Below the pieces are notes generated by a model. That model was not told the DNA's origin, searched no databases, and worked only from the letters and a program-made list of their open reading frames with translations. Below, piece after piece: positions 9,983 to 20,061 of a DNA stretch of 32,000 bases. This stretch comes from Fastidiosibacter lacustris. Its GTDB lineage: Bacteria; Pseudomonadota; Gammaproteobacteria; Francisellales; Francisellaceae. The stretch is taken from the NCBI RefSeq assembly GCF_003428155.1, contig NZ_QLIR01000013.1:17917-49916 (forward strand). Direction: 5' to 3'. The first letter of the stretch is position 1; every line of letters starts with the position of its first letter. The position numbers and the translations under genes are program-made.

Positions 9983-10600
9983 ATGGCGAAAATTGATGTA
10001 TGTTGCAGGAATTGCAACTCAATAAAAACAGTTAAAGCAGGTAAAAACCAATTGAAATCTAGTCCAAGTGGTGCGCAAAGGTACCGTTGCCTAGATTGTG
10101 GCAAATACTTTCAACTTGAATATAAAGCACTAGGTCGGCTGCCCAAGATAAAAGAAAGAATTATTGATATGTGTAGCAATAGTAGTGGTATACGAGATAC
10201 AGCACGTGTTTTAAAAGTTAGCACAAAAACCGTGATTAATACGATAAAAAAAGCCTGTAGATTGTTGAAATGTAACTGGAACTTATTAATGAATATAAGC
10301 TCAGTTGTTGTGATGCCACTTATGCTTGAGCTTGATGAGTAATGGTCATATTTTGGAAACAAAAAGAACCAACGATAGCTTTGGTTAGCTATCTGCCATA
10401 AGATAAGTCAAATTGTTGCCTATTATTTTGGTAAGCGTACGCATGAAAGCTCTGAATTACTTTTTATGAAAAGCATGGCAACGATGCTCAAGCGCTTGGT
10501 AGAAGCAAAGCAATATAGTCACAAGTCCAAACGTCCTGGCTTACCAATTTATCTTATTGGCGTTTTTACAGATAAACAAGAAATGTCAACGGCTTTAGAG
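9983..10600 (+). pseudogene. Decayed IS1-family transposase (InsA zinc-ribbon/HTH part plus degenerate catalytic-part remnant)
   Basis: ORF 9983..10342 MAKIDVCCRNCNSIKTVKAGKNQLKSSPSGAQRYRCLDCGKYFQLEYKALGR... is InsA-like; the same frame continues after TAA (10340-10342) with WSYFGNKKNQR, then TAG (10376-10378), then LWLAICHKISQIVAYYFGKRTHESSELLF, resembling the InsB 'E-D-E-W-x-Y-V-G-K-K-x-x-Q-R-W-L' region with the stops replacing Q and W codons. Confidence 0.75.
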
Positions 10601-10717
10601 TAAAAAAGTAGATTAAACCTTGACCCTTTTAGAACAAAACAATCTGGCAAAACGAGTTGATCGCTTGCTTTTCCCTGTTATCATAGGTTTGATACGTTTT
10701 ACATACGAGGAAAAATA

Positions 10718-13216
10718 GTGGTGCTTAAGCGTAGTAAAAAAGCTAATACTCCAAAAATAGATAAAAAGGCAACTAAACAAGCTGCTAACCAGGCAAAGCC
10801 TAAAAAAGAAATTAATCAATTATTAGTCGATCGTTTACGTATTGCATGGTTGATACTAATGGGGGCTATTGCCTTGTTTTTACTATTATCACTCTTTTCA
10901 TACAACAGTAGCGATCCAGGCTGGACAATCGTTCAATCACAACTTCATATTTACAACTATGCTGGTATTGTTGGTGCCTACACCGCCAATGTTATTTTAG
11001 CTATTTGTGGTGTATTTGGCTTTCTGATCCCATTTATTCTGGTATATGGTGTATGGCAGCTATTTTTGGAACACAAAAATTTTTCTGAAAGTAGTACACT
11101 TTTGATGCTTGCTCGCTTTGTTGGCATCATTTTACTAATTGGTTCTGGTAGTGGTATCGCCGAAATTACATTATCTGTTTTTACCGTTTATATGCCTGAA
11201 GGCTCAGGAGGTATTCTAGGTCAAGAAGTTGCAAAATATACGGTTTTATATCTTAGCACCACAGGTGGTGTATTTGCATTAATTGCTGCATTTGCACTTG
11301 GCTTAACTTTATTCTCGGGTGGTTTTTGGCTAAGGTCTATTGCGGCACTTATTCGCTTTTTAGCATTACAGATTAAAAATTTTTTCACCTCTACACCCGA
11401 AGAAAAAGCACAAAAAGCAAAAGAACGTGCTCAAAGAAAAATAGAAAAAGAAGTCTTAAGAGCTCAAAAGCAGGAACAAAAACAACTGCAAAAAGAGCAA
11501 AAGGAAGCTGACAAACAGCAAAAACTTGATAGCGATGATAATATCAACATTTTAGCATTCAACGACCCTAATCTGATCCAAGATGACCCTAAGATAGCGT
11601 TACCATACACACTACATGATAATCAATTCACCCTTGTTTCAAATTTGGACGATAATTTTTATGAGGAAGAAGAGCTACCTATTACCACCCCATCTATTAC
11701 TAAACCCTCCAAATCTAAAAAAATAAAACATAAAACTGATAAAATCACAGGTCTCCCTTCTTTAGACCTTTTGGATGATCCCAAAAACCAAAAGGAGCAG
11801 ATATCAAAAGAATTTTTACAAAAAATGGCAACCCTTGTTGAAGAAAAACTTGCCGACTTTGGTATTCAAGTCAAGGTTATTGCTAGCTATCCAGGTCCTG
11901 TAATTACGCGCTTTGAAATTGAACTTGCTCCTGGTGTTAAGGTGAGTAAGTTAAGCGGACTTGCTCAGGACTTGGCACGCTCACTTTCGGCGGCACGTGT
12001 GCGTGTGGTTGAAGTTATTCCAGGCAAACCTTATGTTGGTATTGAATTACCAAACCAAAAACGTGAAATCGTGCGCTTAAAAGAAGTGTTATCACATAAA
12101 AAATTCATCGACTCTAGCTCACCCCTTACGATGGGGCTTGGAGTGGATATTGCTGGGATTCCCGAAACCGTTAACCTTGCTAAAATGCCACATTTGCTTG
12201 TCGCTGGTACCACTGGATCAGGTAAATCAGTGGGTGTTAATGCGATGATTATTAGCATGTTATATAAATCTGCACCCGATGATCTGCGCTTTATTATGAT
12301 CGATCCTAAGATGCTTGAGCTTTCTATTTACGAAGGCATTCCACATTTATTAACTCCTGTGGTAACTGATATGAACGAAGCAGCTAATGCACTTCGTTGG
12401 TGTGTGAAAGAAATGGATCGCCGTTATGAACTTATGGCAGCAGCAGGAGTTAGAAATATCGCAGGATTAAATGAGAAAATTCAAGAAGCTGAAAAATCAG
12501 GCGAATCAATAAAAGATCCACTATGGTTAAAACTTCGCCCAGATCCAAAAGAAGATGCACCAATACTTGAGAAACTACCTTACATTGTCGTGATTGCTGA
12601 TGAGTTTGCCGATATGATGATGGTTGTTGGTAAAAAGGTTGAAGAGCTTATTGCGCGCTTAGCACAAAAAGCACGTGCCGCAGGAATTCACTTGATCCTT
12701 GCAACTCAACGTCCATCCGTCGACGTAGTCACAGGCTTAATCAAAGCAAACATCCCTACGCGAATTGCCTTTCAGGTCTCTTCAAAAATTGACTCTCGCA
12801 CGATCTTAGATCAACAAGGTGCTGAGCAATTATTAGGTCATGGTGATATGCTTTATCTTCCACCTGGGTCTGGAGTGCCAACACGTGTTCATGGTGCTTT
12901 TGTTGATGATGACGAAGTACATCGCGTAGTAGGTGCTTGGAAAGAAATGGGTGAACCTGAATATATTGATGATATAACCGCAAGTGACGAAGAGGTTGAA
13001 GGTGGTGAAGTTGAAGGTGATAGTAATGATCCACTCTACGATGAGGCCGTTAAGATTGTGCTTGAGACACAACGCGCGTCGATCTCAAACATCCAACGAC
13101 GCTTACGTATCGGTTATAACCGCTCCGCACGACTGATTGAAGAAATGGAAGTTGCGGGTATTGTGAGTGAAATGCAGTCTAATGGCATGCGTGAAGTTTT
13201 AATCAAAAGGTCATAA
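10718..13216 (+). CDS. ftsK: DNA translocase FtsK
   Basis: 832 aa; 4-TM N-terminus, [21 protein letters not shown] Walker [14 protein letters not shown] Walker [55 protein letters not shown]-terminal gamma winged helix. Confidence 0.97.
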   Translation: MVLKRSKKANTPKIDKKATKQAANQAKPKKEINQLLVDRLRIAWLILMGAIALFLLLSLFSYNSSDPGWTIVQSQLHIYNYAGIVGAYTANVILAICGVFGFLIPFILVYGVWQLFLEHKNFSESSTLLMLARFVGIILLIGSGSGIAEITLSVFTVYMPEGSGGILGQEVAKYTVLYLSTTGGVFALIAAFALGLTLFSGGFWLRSIAALIRFLALQIKNFFTSTPEEKAQKAKERAQRKIEKEVLRAQKQEQKQLQKEQKEADKQQKLDSDDNINILAFNDPNLIQDDPKIALPYTLHDNQFTLVSNLDDNFYEEEELPITTPSITKPSKSKKIKHKTDKITGLPSLDLLDDPKNQKEQISKEFLQKMATLVEEKLADFGIQVKVIASYPGPVITRFEIELAPGVKVSKLSGLAQDLARSLSAARVRVVEVIPGKPYVGIELPNQKREIVRLKEVLSHKKFIDSSSPLTMGLGVDIAGIPETVNLAKMPHLLVAGTTGSGKSVGVNAMIISMLYKSAPDDLRFIMIDPKMLELSIYEGIPHLLTPVVTDMNEAANALRWCVKEMDRRYELMAAAGVRNIAGLNEKIQEAEKSGESIKDPLWLKLRPDPKEDAPILEKLPYIVVIADEFADMMMVVGKKVEELIARLAQKARAAGIHLILATQRPSVDVVTGLIKANIPTRIAFQVSSKIDSRTILDQQGAEQLLGHGDMLYLPPGSGVPTRVHGAFVDDDEVHRVVGAWKEMGEPEYIDDITASDEEVEGGEVEGDSNDPLYDEAVKIVLETQRASISNIQRRLRIGYNRSARLIEEMEVAGIVSEMQSNGMREVLIKRS

Positions 13217-13218
13217 CA

Positions 13219-13881
13219 ATGAGGCAAAAATTTGAAAATATTCTCAAAGACACGCTCTTTATCATATTTAGCATTTTTGCTATTGATTTATGCTTTGCTA
13301 ACAATAATACCGTCTCGCAGCCATCTGAGATAAATTATTCTGAACAAAGCCTTTTTGATAAACTTGCCAAGCTTAAAAACATGCACGCAAGCTTCAATCA
13401 AACTATACTTAACCCACAACAAAAGCTTAAACAACAAAGCCAAGGTGAACTTTGGGTCAGTAAACCTAGCTTCTTTAAATGGCAGGTGCTAAGCCCACAA
13501 AAACAAATGCTATTGTCCAACGGTAAACAACTTTGGAATTACGACGAAGAACTTGAACAAATCACTATTAACGAAGTTCCTAAAAGCATCTCTCAAGCAC
13601 CTTATCTTCTACTTTTAACAGGTGATAGCAAAACACTTAATCAGCTTTTTACTATTGAACGACTTAACGATAACACCTATCGCTTAACGCCAAAAGTCAA
13701 AGATCAATCCTTAATAAAATACATCAATATGACTTTTAAAGGCAATATTCCTACACATATGGTTATTGAAACAGAAACTGGGCAATCTACCAACATTGAA
13801 CTCTTAAATATATCAACTCAACTTATTCCTCAAAGTGTCTTTGAGTTCACACCTCCTCAAGGAGTTGATGTATTGGGATAA
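13219..13881 (+). CDS. lolA: Outer membrane lipoprotein carrier protein LolA
   Basis: 220 aa, signal peptide, ...LKNMHASFNQTILNPQQKLKQQSQGELWVSKPSFFKWQVLSPQKQMLLSNGKQLWNYDEELEQITI; directly downstream of ftsK as in many gammaproteobacteria. Confidence 0.92.
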   Translation: MRQKFENILKDTLFIIFSIFAIDLCFANNNTVSQPSEINYSEQSLFDKLAKLKNMHASFNQTILNPQQKLKQQSQGELWVSKPSFFKWQVLSPQKQMLLSNGKQLWNYDEELEQITINEVPKSISQAPYLLLLTGDSKTLNQLFTIERLNDNTYRLTPKVKDQSLIKYINMTFKGNIPTHMVIETETGQSTNIELLNISTQLIPQSVFEFTPPQGVDVLG

Positions 13882-14037
13882 CTTTATACTTTTATGTAAA
13901 ATTAAGTGGTAAGTATAAAACCTATGTGTAATATATTCTTCACATAGAACAATCCTCAGAAAAAAGAACAAGGCTAAATGGTAAAAACGACATAAGCGAA
14001 AAACTTATATAAGTCAAGTTTCTTCTAAGGGAAATAA

Positions 14038-15234
14038 ATGCACATATTAGAGAATATAAAACATATTGCTGAGTTACCTTTAAACACCCCTGTTAGTATA
14101 TTTACTTTTGTATTACTCCTGATTATTGCAACTAAAATCATCTGCCATTACCTTCGTATTCCGAGCATTGTTGGTCTAATTGTTGCTGGTGTCATAGCAG
14201 GTCCCCATGCACTCAATATTCTTGATCAAAATTTGGCTGTAACTATTTTTGCAACAACTGGGCTTTTGTACATTATGTTTATGGCTGGTCTAGAATTAGA
14301 GATGAAGGAATTTAAGTTACACAAAAACAAAAGTTTGTTGTTTGGGACACTTACTTTCCTTATCCCGTTTTGTATTGGTTTTATAGTATTCCATTATGGC
14401 TTTGATTACAGCATAAGTGCTAGCATTCTAATTTCGATCATGTTCTCAACGCATACGCTTGTTGCTTATCCAATGGTGAGTATCAAAGGCTATGCTACGC
14501 GCCCAGCAGTGGCTATTGCCGTTGGTGGAACAATTATAACAGATACCTTAGTATTACTTATTTTAGCAATTATCACAGGCATACACCATGATAAAAATGA
14601 TATTGCGATGTTTATTACCCTTATCTTTAGTTTTATTGTTTTTAGTTTTATTGCCTTTATCATCATTCCTTATATCGCTAAAAGGTTTTTCTATGCTTTT
14701 GCACGCAAAACAAGTCTCCACTACACTTTTGTACTATTAACCGTTTTTGTCCTTGCCGTTTTTGCCGAAATCATTGGCGTTGATGCCATTATTGGTGCAT
14801 TTTTTGCAGGACTCGCCTTAAATCGTTTTGTAACCAAAAAGCAGAAATTAAAAACTGAGATTCATTTTATTGGTAATACACTTTTTATCCCTGTTTTCCT
14901 GATCAGCGTTGGTATGATTGTTAACTTGCACGTTCTCACAGACATCCATAATGTTGCTACCATAGCAATTACTTTGATTACTGTTGCATTGGTATCAAAA
15001 TGGTTAGCAGCCAAACTTACTCAATGGTGCTTACGCTTGAGCACCATTGATGGCAAACTTATCTTTGGTTTAAGTAGTGCGCATGCAGCTGCAACGTTAG
15101 CCATCATTTTAGTGGGATATAAAACCGAAATTCTAGATAATGCCATTTTAAACAGTACAATTTTGTTGATTTTAGTTAGTTGCTTGGTCTCGTCAACCGT
15201 TACTGCAAGAACATTAAACCAATTTACGAAATAA
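14038..15234 (+). CDS. CPA2-family cation:proton antiporter (Kef/NapA-like membrane domain)
   Basis: 398 aa, ~12 hydrophobic segments; IPSIVGLIVAGVIAGPHAL, GLLYIMFMAGLELEMKEFK, ADAIIGAFFAGLALNRF-like AIIGAFFAGLALNRFV. Confidence 0.85.
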   Translation: MHILENIKHIAELPLNTPVSIFTFVLLLIIATKIICHYLRIPSIVGLIVAGVIAGPHALNILDQNLAVTIFATTGLLYIMFMAGLELEMKEFKLHKNKSLLFGTLTFLIPFCIGFIVFHYGFDYSISASILISIMFSTHTLVAYPMVSIKGYATRPAVAIAVGGTIITDTLVLLILAIITGIHHDKNDIAMFITLIFSFIVFSFIAFIIIPYIAKRFFYAFARKTSLHYTFVLLTVFVLAVFAEIIGVDAIIGAFFAGLALNRFVTKKQKLKTEIHFIGNTLFIPVFLISVGMIVNLHVLTDIHNVATIAITLITVALVSKWLAAKLTQWCLRLSTIDGKLIFGLSSAHAAATLAIILVGYKTEILDNAILNSTILLILVSCLVSSTVTARTLNQFTK

Positions 15235-15244
15235 GGATAACTTC

Positions 15245-16411
15245 ATGTTAGCAGACTCTATTATAGATCAAATCGATACTAACTATCTGCAACAGGTACG
15301 CGAACATATTCATATGTATCCTGAGCTTGGTTTTGACGTGTATAATACAGCTACCTTTATTGCTTCTAAGCTTGAAAAATTAGGCTTAAGCGTGAAACGC
15401 AATATCGGTAAAACAGGATTAATTGCTGATTTAATCATCAATCCAAACTATAAAATGATCGCCCTACGCGCAGATATGGATGCTTTACCCATTCATGAGC
15501 AAAACAGCTGTAAGTATAGATCCACCATTGATGGCAAAGCCCATATGTGTGGACATGACGCACATTGTGCAATCGTTTTAACTACAGCACATACTCTAGT
15601 AAGAATAAAAAATCAGCTTAAAGTAAACATACGCTTTCTATTTCAACCTTCTGAGGAAGTGCTCCCAGGTGGAGCCTCGATCATGATTCAAGATGGCGCT
15701 CTTGATGGAGTATCTGAAATATATGGCATTCATGTATTGCCTACAATTGATGAAGGGAAGATCCAAATCTGCCAACCTGTTGCGCTATCGGGGGTTGATC
15801 TGTTTGATATCCATTTTTTAGGTAAAGGTGGACATGCTAGTACACCTTTTACCACTAATGATCCTATCATCATGGCAACACAATTTGTCAACCAAGTGCA
15901 AAGCATTGTCTCGCGTAACTTATCCAGCTTTGATCCGGCGGTTGTATCAGTCACTGCTCTAAACGCTGGTAGTGTTTATAATGTCATTACAGATAAAGCA
16001 GAACTTAAAGGCTGCATTCGTTATCTAAGCCAAGATGCTCGCGAAATTGTAAAAAAGCGACTCTATGAAATTGCTAATGGGATTGCCGTAACTTACGCTG
16101 GTAAAGTGGAAATACGCTATCATAATGGTTACCCTGAAACGCGTAATGATGGCACCTGCGCACAAAAATCATTTCAAGCTGCACAATCGGCACTTGGAAA
16201 AGGCAACGTTCTTGTTTCCAATATTCCTTGGATGGCATCTGAAGATTTCTCTTATTTTGCCCATAAGATCCCCGCTTGCTACGTATTTTTAGGCGTACGT
16301 AATGAGTCTCAAGGCTATACTTCTATGGTACATGAGCCAACTTTTGATCTAAGTCTCAACGCAATGGTTTATGGTGTAGTCTATTATTTAGCTTTGTGTT
16401 TGGGGCAATAG
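15245..16411 (+). CDS. M20D-family amidohydrolase/peptidase (HipO/IlvE-like N-acyl amino acid amidohydrolase)
   Basis: 388 aa; HMYPELGFDVYNTATFI, IALRADMDALPI, HMCGHDAHCAIVL, FQPSEEVLPGGASIMIQDGAL, HGGHAS-like GKGGHASTPF. Confidence 0.88.
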   Translation: MLADSIIDQIDTNYLQQVREHIHMYPELGFDVYNTATFIASKLEKLGLSVKRNIGKTGLIADLIINPNYKMIALRADMDALPIHEQNSCKYRSTIDGKAHMCGHDAHCAIVLTTAHTLVRIKNQLKVNIRFLFQPSEEVLPGGASIMIQDGALDGVSEIYGIHVLPTIDEGKIQICQPVALSGVDLFDIHFLGKGGHASTPFTTNDPIIMATQFVNQVQSIVSRNLSSFDPAVVSVTALNAGSVYNVITDKAELKGCIRYLSQDAREIVKKRLYEIANGIAVTYAGKVEIRYHNGYPETRNDGTCAQKSFQAAQSALGKGNVLVSNIPWMASEDFSYFAHKIPACYVFLGVRNESQGYTSMVHEPTFDLSLNAMVYGVVYYLALCLGQ

Positions 16412-16451
16412 TTTCTATATATCATTAACATCCACGCTCGCACTCTTTGCC

Positions 16452-19022
16452 TTGATCTTTGGACTATGCCACACTACTTGCCTGAGCTTGCCCATGAGGA
16501 GCGGCATAGACAGACAGTTTTTACTGCATGATTTTCTGGTGGATAGGTTGCTACGTGGCCTGATATTTAAGTTGAGAAAAAAATACACTTTAGAAGATTT
16601 AAGTCAACAGTCAGATATATTGGCTTTTTTAAAACAACAAGAAAGCTCTAGGCGTAGTAATGGTGGTTTTGCACGTGTTCACATTCCAAATGCAAATTTA
16701 GGTGAAACAGGAGCAGAAGATTACCCGCGTTGTGGTACTGCGTTTGATTGGCTAGAAAGTCAATTTAAAAAAGAATCTCTGTTAAGTTTTGTTAATATAC
16801 ATAAGTTTAATGCAAACGCAATGACAGATACCGTTATTAAGATGCAGCAAAGTGTTCAAGATGTCTATAGTCACTTTTTTAACATGTCGGCAAGCTCACA
16901 AAATATCATGATGCAGAACTTGGCAATCAATGCCATGCGTGATGGTTGGGATAATGTCAAGATAAGTCGTAATCCTGCCGCGGCATCATTAAATTATGCA
17001 AAAACACAAAGTGAAATGTCTCGTACAGCTTCGTGGATTTCAGTCGGTGTTATGGCACAAGAGTATGTGCCTATGTTGCATACTATTTTAATGTTGATTG
17101 TTTGTTGTGCTTTCATTCCTGTGGTGTATATGTGCTTCTTTCCAGGGTTTTTCTTTAAACTCATTGGTAAATATATTGGTAGCTTCATTTGGTTAGGCAC
17201 ATGGCCTTTGTTTTTTGTTTTCATTAATTTCATTATGACAACAATCATGGCTGTACATTTAGCGGTGCAAGAAGGTGGCTTAGGTGGATTAACCTTATCG
17301 ACCATTGATGGCGCAAGTGCATTGGCATGGCGATATACGGCATTGACTGGCTGGATGCTGATGTTTGTGCCATATTTATCAAGGATGCTGATTATGGGTG
17401 CAGGCGCTACGATGATGGGTGTTGCGACAAGTATGACTTCACAGTTGTCTACTGATGCTGAAAAAGGTGCAAGAGGATTAAGTGAGGGGAGTTTTGATTT
17501 AGCTAATACGACGGTTGCGCAACATCAAATGAATAATGTAACAGGTCATCAAACGATGCTACAACCGACAACGACTTATGGCGGTGAGCGTGAATCGTTA
17601 ATGGCAGGAGGATCAAGAATGCAAACTGCTAACGGCATCACTTACAATAATGCTGGTGTTGTTGATCAACAGCCTTTTGATTTTAGAAGTGGGCAAACAG
17701 TGTCTACGGGCTTGTCGCAAACACAAGCAATGTATGAGAAGCTCGGTCAATCTGATGCCAAAGCATTTAATGAATCCTATCAAGCCGGTATTTCGGATAT
17801 TAGCCAGCAAAATGTATCAAAAGCCTTAAAAGATCATATTGGTTCAACTAATAGTAGTGTATCAAGTGTACAGTTAGCTAAGGCGCTGTCGACAATGACG
17901 GATACTCATAATCGGTTTAGTCAGGATCAGATTAATAGTGCTATGGAAGGTTGGAGTAACGAACTGGGTGGGGAGGCTAAATTAGGTACTGGAGAGCTTT
18001 TTAAGTTTTTTTCTTTAAATGGTTACAAAAGGGCAGGATGGAACTCGAGTGGTTCAGATACCATCAATAATTCTGTCGGTTTAACTTTAGATCAAGCAAA
18101 AGCTTATCGTGAAGCACAAGACGTTGTCATGAGTGGAAGTAAAACTGATTTTGCCACGCTTGATAAAGTGATTGGCTTAGACAATGGTCAATCCCTACAA
18201 GCTAACTTTAACAAAGCAAAGGCTTATAGTGAATCTGCGCAACGCAACTTTGAGTTAGCAACACAAGCAGGTGAAGCGGCAAACTATGCCAAAAACAACG
18301 ACTTTGGTTTTAGTCAAAATAAAATGCCTGATTTCAATAGCTATATTCACAATAATTATAAAGATCAGGCAACATCTTGGTTGGGTGATATAAGTAAGCA
18401 GAATGATCCACTGTTTAAGCAAGCACAAGCTGACTTTGTACAAGCCAATAGTGATGTTTATTTAGATTGGTACAAACAAAACGCTGAAAGCATTAATGCA
18501 AGAGGACAGACAAGCATTGATGGTTTATCGCATGATGTAGATCAAGGTAAAAATTTGGTACACCAATCTCGTGCCGATAATGATCAGACAGTCAAAAAAG
18601 GGCATACCATTATCCAAGCTGAACTTGAGCAAGGCATACATGAGCGAAGAGGAGAAACAATGCAATCAACAATGAGTAATTATGAGCGGTTACATCAAGC
18701 TACCTTAGCGGAAATGCGTAAGCTAGGATTAACGACTAACCAATCACTAGTGATTGATCAGCCTAAGAATCCATTTGATCTTGACCGACCAGATATGATT
18801 AAAATTGATCAAGTAAACAAACAAATCAATACTCAATCAGGAGGACTGCAAAATGACAAGGAATCGCTATCTAAAAATGTGCAAGCAAAAATAGATAAAG
18901 GTATTTCAATTATTCCAGATAGAGATGATGGTGCTTATGATATACAAAAACTTAATAATAATTCTGCTATTGAGAATAGTAAACTTGGAAAAGAGGCGTG
19001 GAATAATCTTTTCAAAAAATAG
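16452..19022 (+). CDS. F-type T4SS mating-pair stabilisation protein TraG, apparently N-terminally truncated
   Basis: 856 aa; TraG_N-like segment ...LLHDFLVDRLLRGLIFKLRKKYTLEDLSQQSDILAFLKQ..., cysteine/TM region ...WLGTWPLFFVFINFIMTTIMAVHLAV..., long polar C-terminal domain. Only a TTG at 16452 or ATG at 16494 is available and the expected N-terminal membrane region is absent. Confidence 0.75.
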   Translation: MIFGLCHTTCLSLPMRSGIDRQFLLHDFLVDRLLRGLIFKLRKKYTLEDLSQQSDILAFLKQQESSRRSNGGFARVHIPNANLGETGAEDYPRCGTAFDWLESQFKKESLLSFVNIHKFNANAMTDTVIKMQQSVQDVYSHFFNMSASSQNIMMQNLAINAMRDGWDNVKISRNPAAASLNYAKTQSEMSRTASWISVGVMAQEYVPMLHTILMLIVCCAFIPVVYMCFFPGFFFKLIGKYIGSFIWLGTWPLFFVFINFIMTTIMAVHLAVQEGGLGGLTLSTIDGASALAWRYTALTGWMLMFVPYLSRMLIMGAGATMMGVATSMTSQLSTDAEKGARGLSEGSFDLANTTVAQHQMNNVTGHQTMLQPTTTYGGERESLMAGGSRMQTANGITYNNAGVVDQQPFDFRSGQTVSTGLSQTQAMYEKLGQSDAKAFNESYQAGISDISQQNVSKALKDHIGSTNSSVSSVQLAKALSTMTDTHNRFSQDQINSAMEGWSNELGGEAKLGTGELFKFFSLNGYKRAGWNSSGSDTINNSVGLTLDQAKAYREAQDVVMSGSKTDFATLDKVIGLDNGQSLQANFNKAKAYSESAQRNFELATQAGEAANYAKNNDFGFSQNKMPDFNSYIHNNYKDQATSWLGDISKQNDPLFKQAQADFVQANSDVYLDWYKQNAESINARGQTSIDGLSHDVDQGKNLVHQSRADNDQTVKKGHTIIQAELEQGIHERRGETMQSTMSNYERLHQATLAEMRKLGLTTNQSLVIDQPKNPFDLDRPDMIKIDQVNKQINTQSGGLQNDKESLSKNVQAKIDKGISIIPDRDDGAYDIQKLNNNSAIENSKLGKEAWNNLFKK

Positions 19023-19030
19023 AGAGAACT

Positions 19031-19441
19031 CTATCTAAAGTGTTTCATCATGAATTGTTTTATAACTGGGAAACTTGCTTTATAGGCGCAAAACCAAAAA
19101 GAAGCAATACATATAAAAAAGGTAATACCTGTTGTTATAAAAGCTGTTTTTGCTTCTTCAAAACTTATTGTATGTATATTTGTTATAAAGTTGAAAACAT
19201 GTAAAAAGATTGAAACTACTGCAATAGCAATAGCAATCACGGCAAAAATCGCATACTTCTTCTGCTCAGGCGTGATTTCTATTTTATCGTCTTCTGACTT
19301 CACCATTTTCACGGCAATGGGTTCTTGATTGTTTGATTTTTCAGTTTTGAAAATATCGATCATTTCCTTAGCCATTTCCTTAGCCAATTCAGGGTGAGTT
19401 TCAGCGATTTTTAATAGTCTTTCTTTTTGCTTATCATTCAT
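19031..19441 (-). CDS. Hypothetical two-TM membrane protein
   Basis: 136 aa, charged N-terminus followed by two hydrophobic segments (YAIFAVIAIAIAVVSIFLHVF; AFITTGITFFICIASFWFCAY); convergent with traG remnant. Confidence 0.5.
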   Translation of the reverse strand: MNDKQKERLLKIAETHPELAKEMAKEMIDIFKTEKSNNQEPIAVKMVKSEDDKIEITPEQKKYAIFAVIAIAIAVVSIFLHVFNFITNIHTISFEEAKTAFITTGITFFICIASFWFCAYKASFPVIKQFMMKHFR

Positions 19442-19526
19442 AGCATTGTCCTTGTTTTTATTAACTTTTGCTCTTTGAGCAACCTAACATAAAATGGGGT
19501 AAAATACAATCATTGGCAATGATTAG

Positions 19527-19808
19527 CTAACCAAAAATTTCACTGTGCGACCCAAGCCTTGCGAGTTTTAAAATATCATCACCTTCTTTACGATAAACTA
19601 AAAGCAAATCAGGTTTTAAATGGCATTCTCGATAACCCTGCCAATTGCCGATTAGATCATGGTCGAGCAATTTAGGTTCAAGCGGGAGATCATTAGCCAG
19701 ATAATTTAGAATCATGGGCAATATTTGACTGAGTTGAGTCCGATACTTGCCTTTTGACTCACGCTTGTAGTCTTTTTTGAATGTATTTGCTCGTTCAATC
19801 GTCCGCAT
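19527..19808 (-). CDS. yafQ: Type II toxin, YafQ-family mRNA interferase
   Basis: 93 aa; retains DHDLIGNWQGYRECHLKPDLLLVYR...LARLGSHSEIFG, i.e. positions equivalent to the YafQ His/Asp catalytic residues. Confidence 0.88.
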   Translation of the reverse strand: MRTIERANTFKKDYKRESKGKYRTQLSQILPMILNYLANDLPLEPKLLDHDLIGNWQGYRECHLKPDLLLVYRKEGDDILKLARLGSHSEIFG

Positions 19809-20061
19809 TCAGATCATCCATTAATGCGTCAATGGATTGAAACTTTTTGCCTTTTCCAGACTCTAGTTCATTAATGGCATCAAGTGTTTTTTTATTTGGC
19901 AGTTTAATTTCAAAGGGCAATCGATGTTCATCCGCAACCCTGAGCATAAGTAAGCGAATAGCATCAGAAATAGACAGTCCCATTGCTTGCAATGCTTCGG
20001 CTGCTCTTTCTTTAGTATTCATGTCAATTCTTGCCCGTACATAGGTATTGTTTGTACTCAT
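19795..20061 (-). CDS. dinJ: RelB/DinJ-family antitoxin
   Basis: Trimmed start MSTNNTYVRARIDMNTKERAAEALQAMGLSISDAIRLLMLRVADEHRLPFEIKLPN; ribbon-helix-helix N-terminus; overlaps the toxin start by 14 nt. Confidence 0.88.
   Translation of the reverse strand: MSTNNTYVRARIDMNTKERAAEALQAMGLSISDAIRLLMLRVADEHRLPFEIKLPNKKTLDAINELESGKGKKFQSIDALMDDLNADD

Noticed and set aside
12031-13072. Several minus-strand ORFs inside ftsK (12031..12258, 12756..13034, 12833..13072)
   Set aside because: Shadow ORFs of ftsK; His/Leu-rich translations typical of antisense of conserved coding sequence.
16994-18443. Minus-strand ORFs within the traG remnant (16994..17305, 17613..17810, 18255..18443)
   Set aside because: Antisense shadows of the traG reading frame with no recognisable domain.
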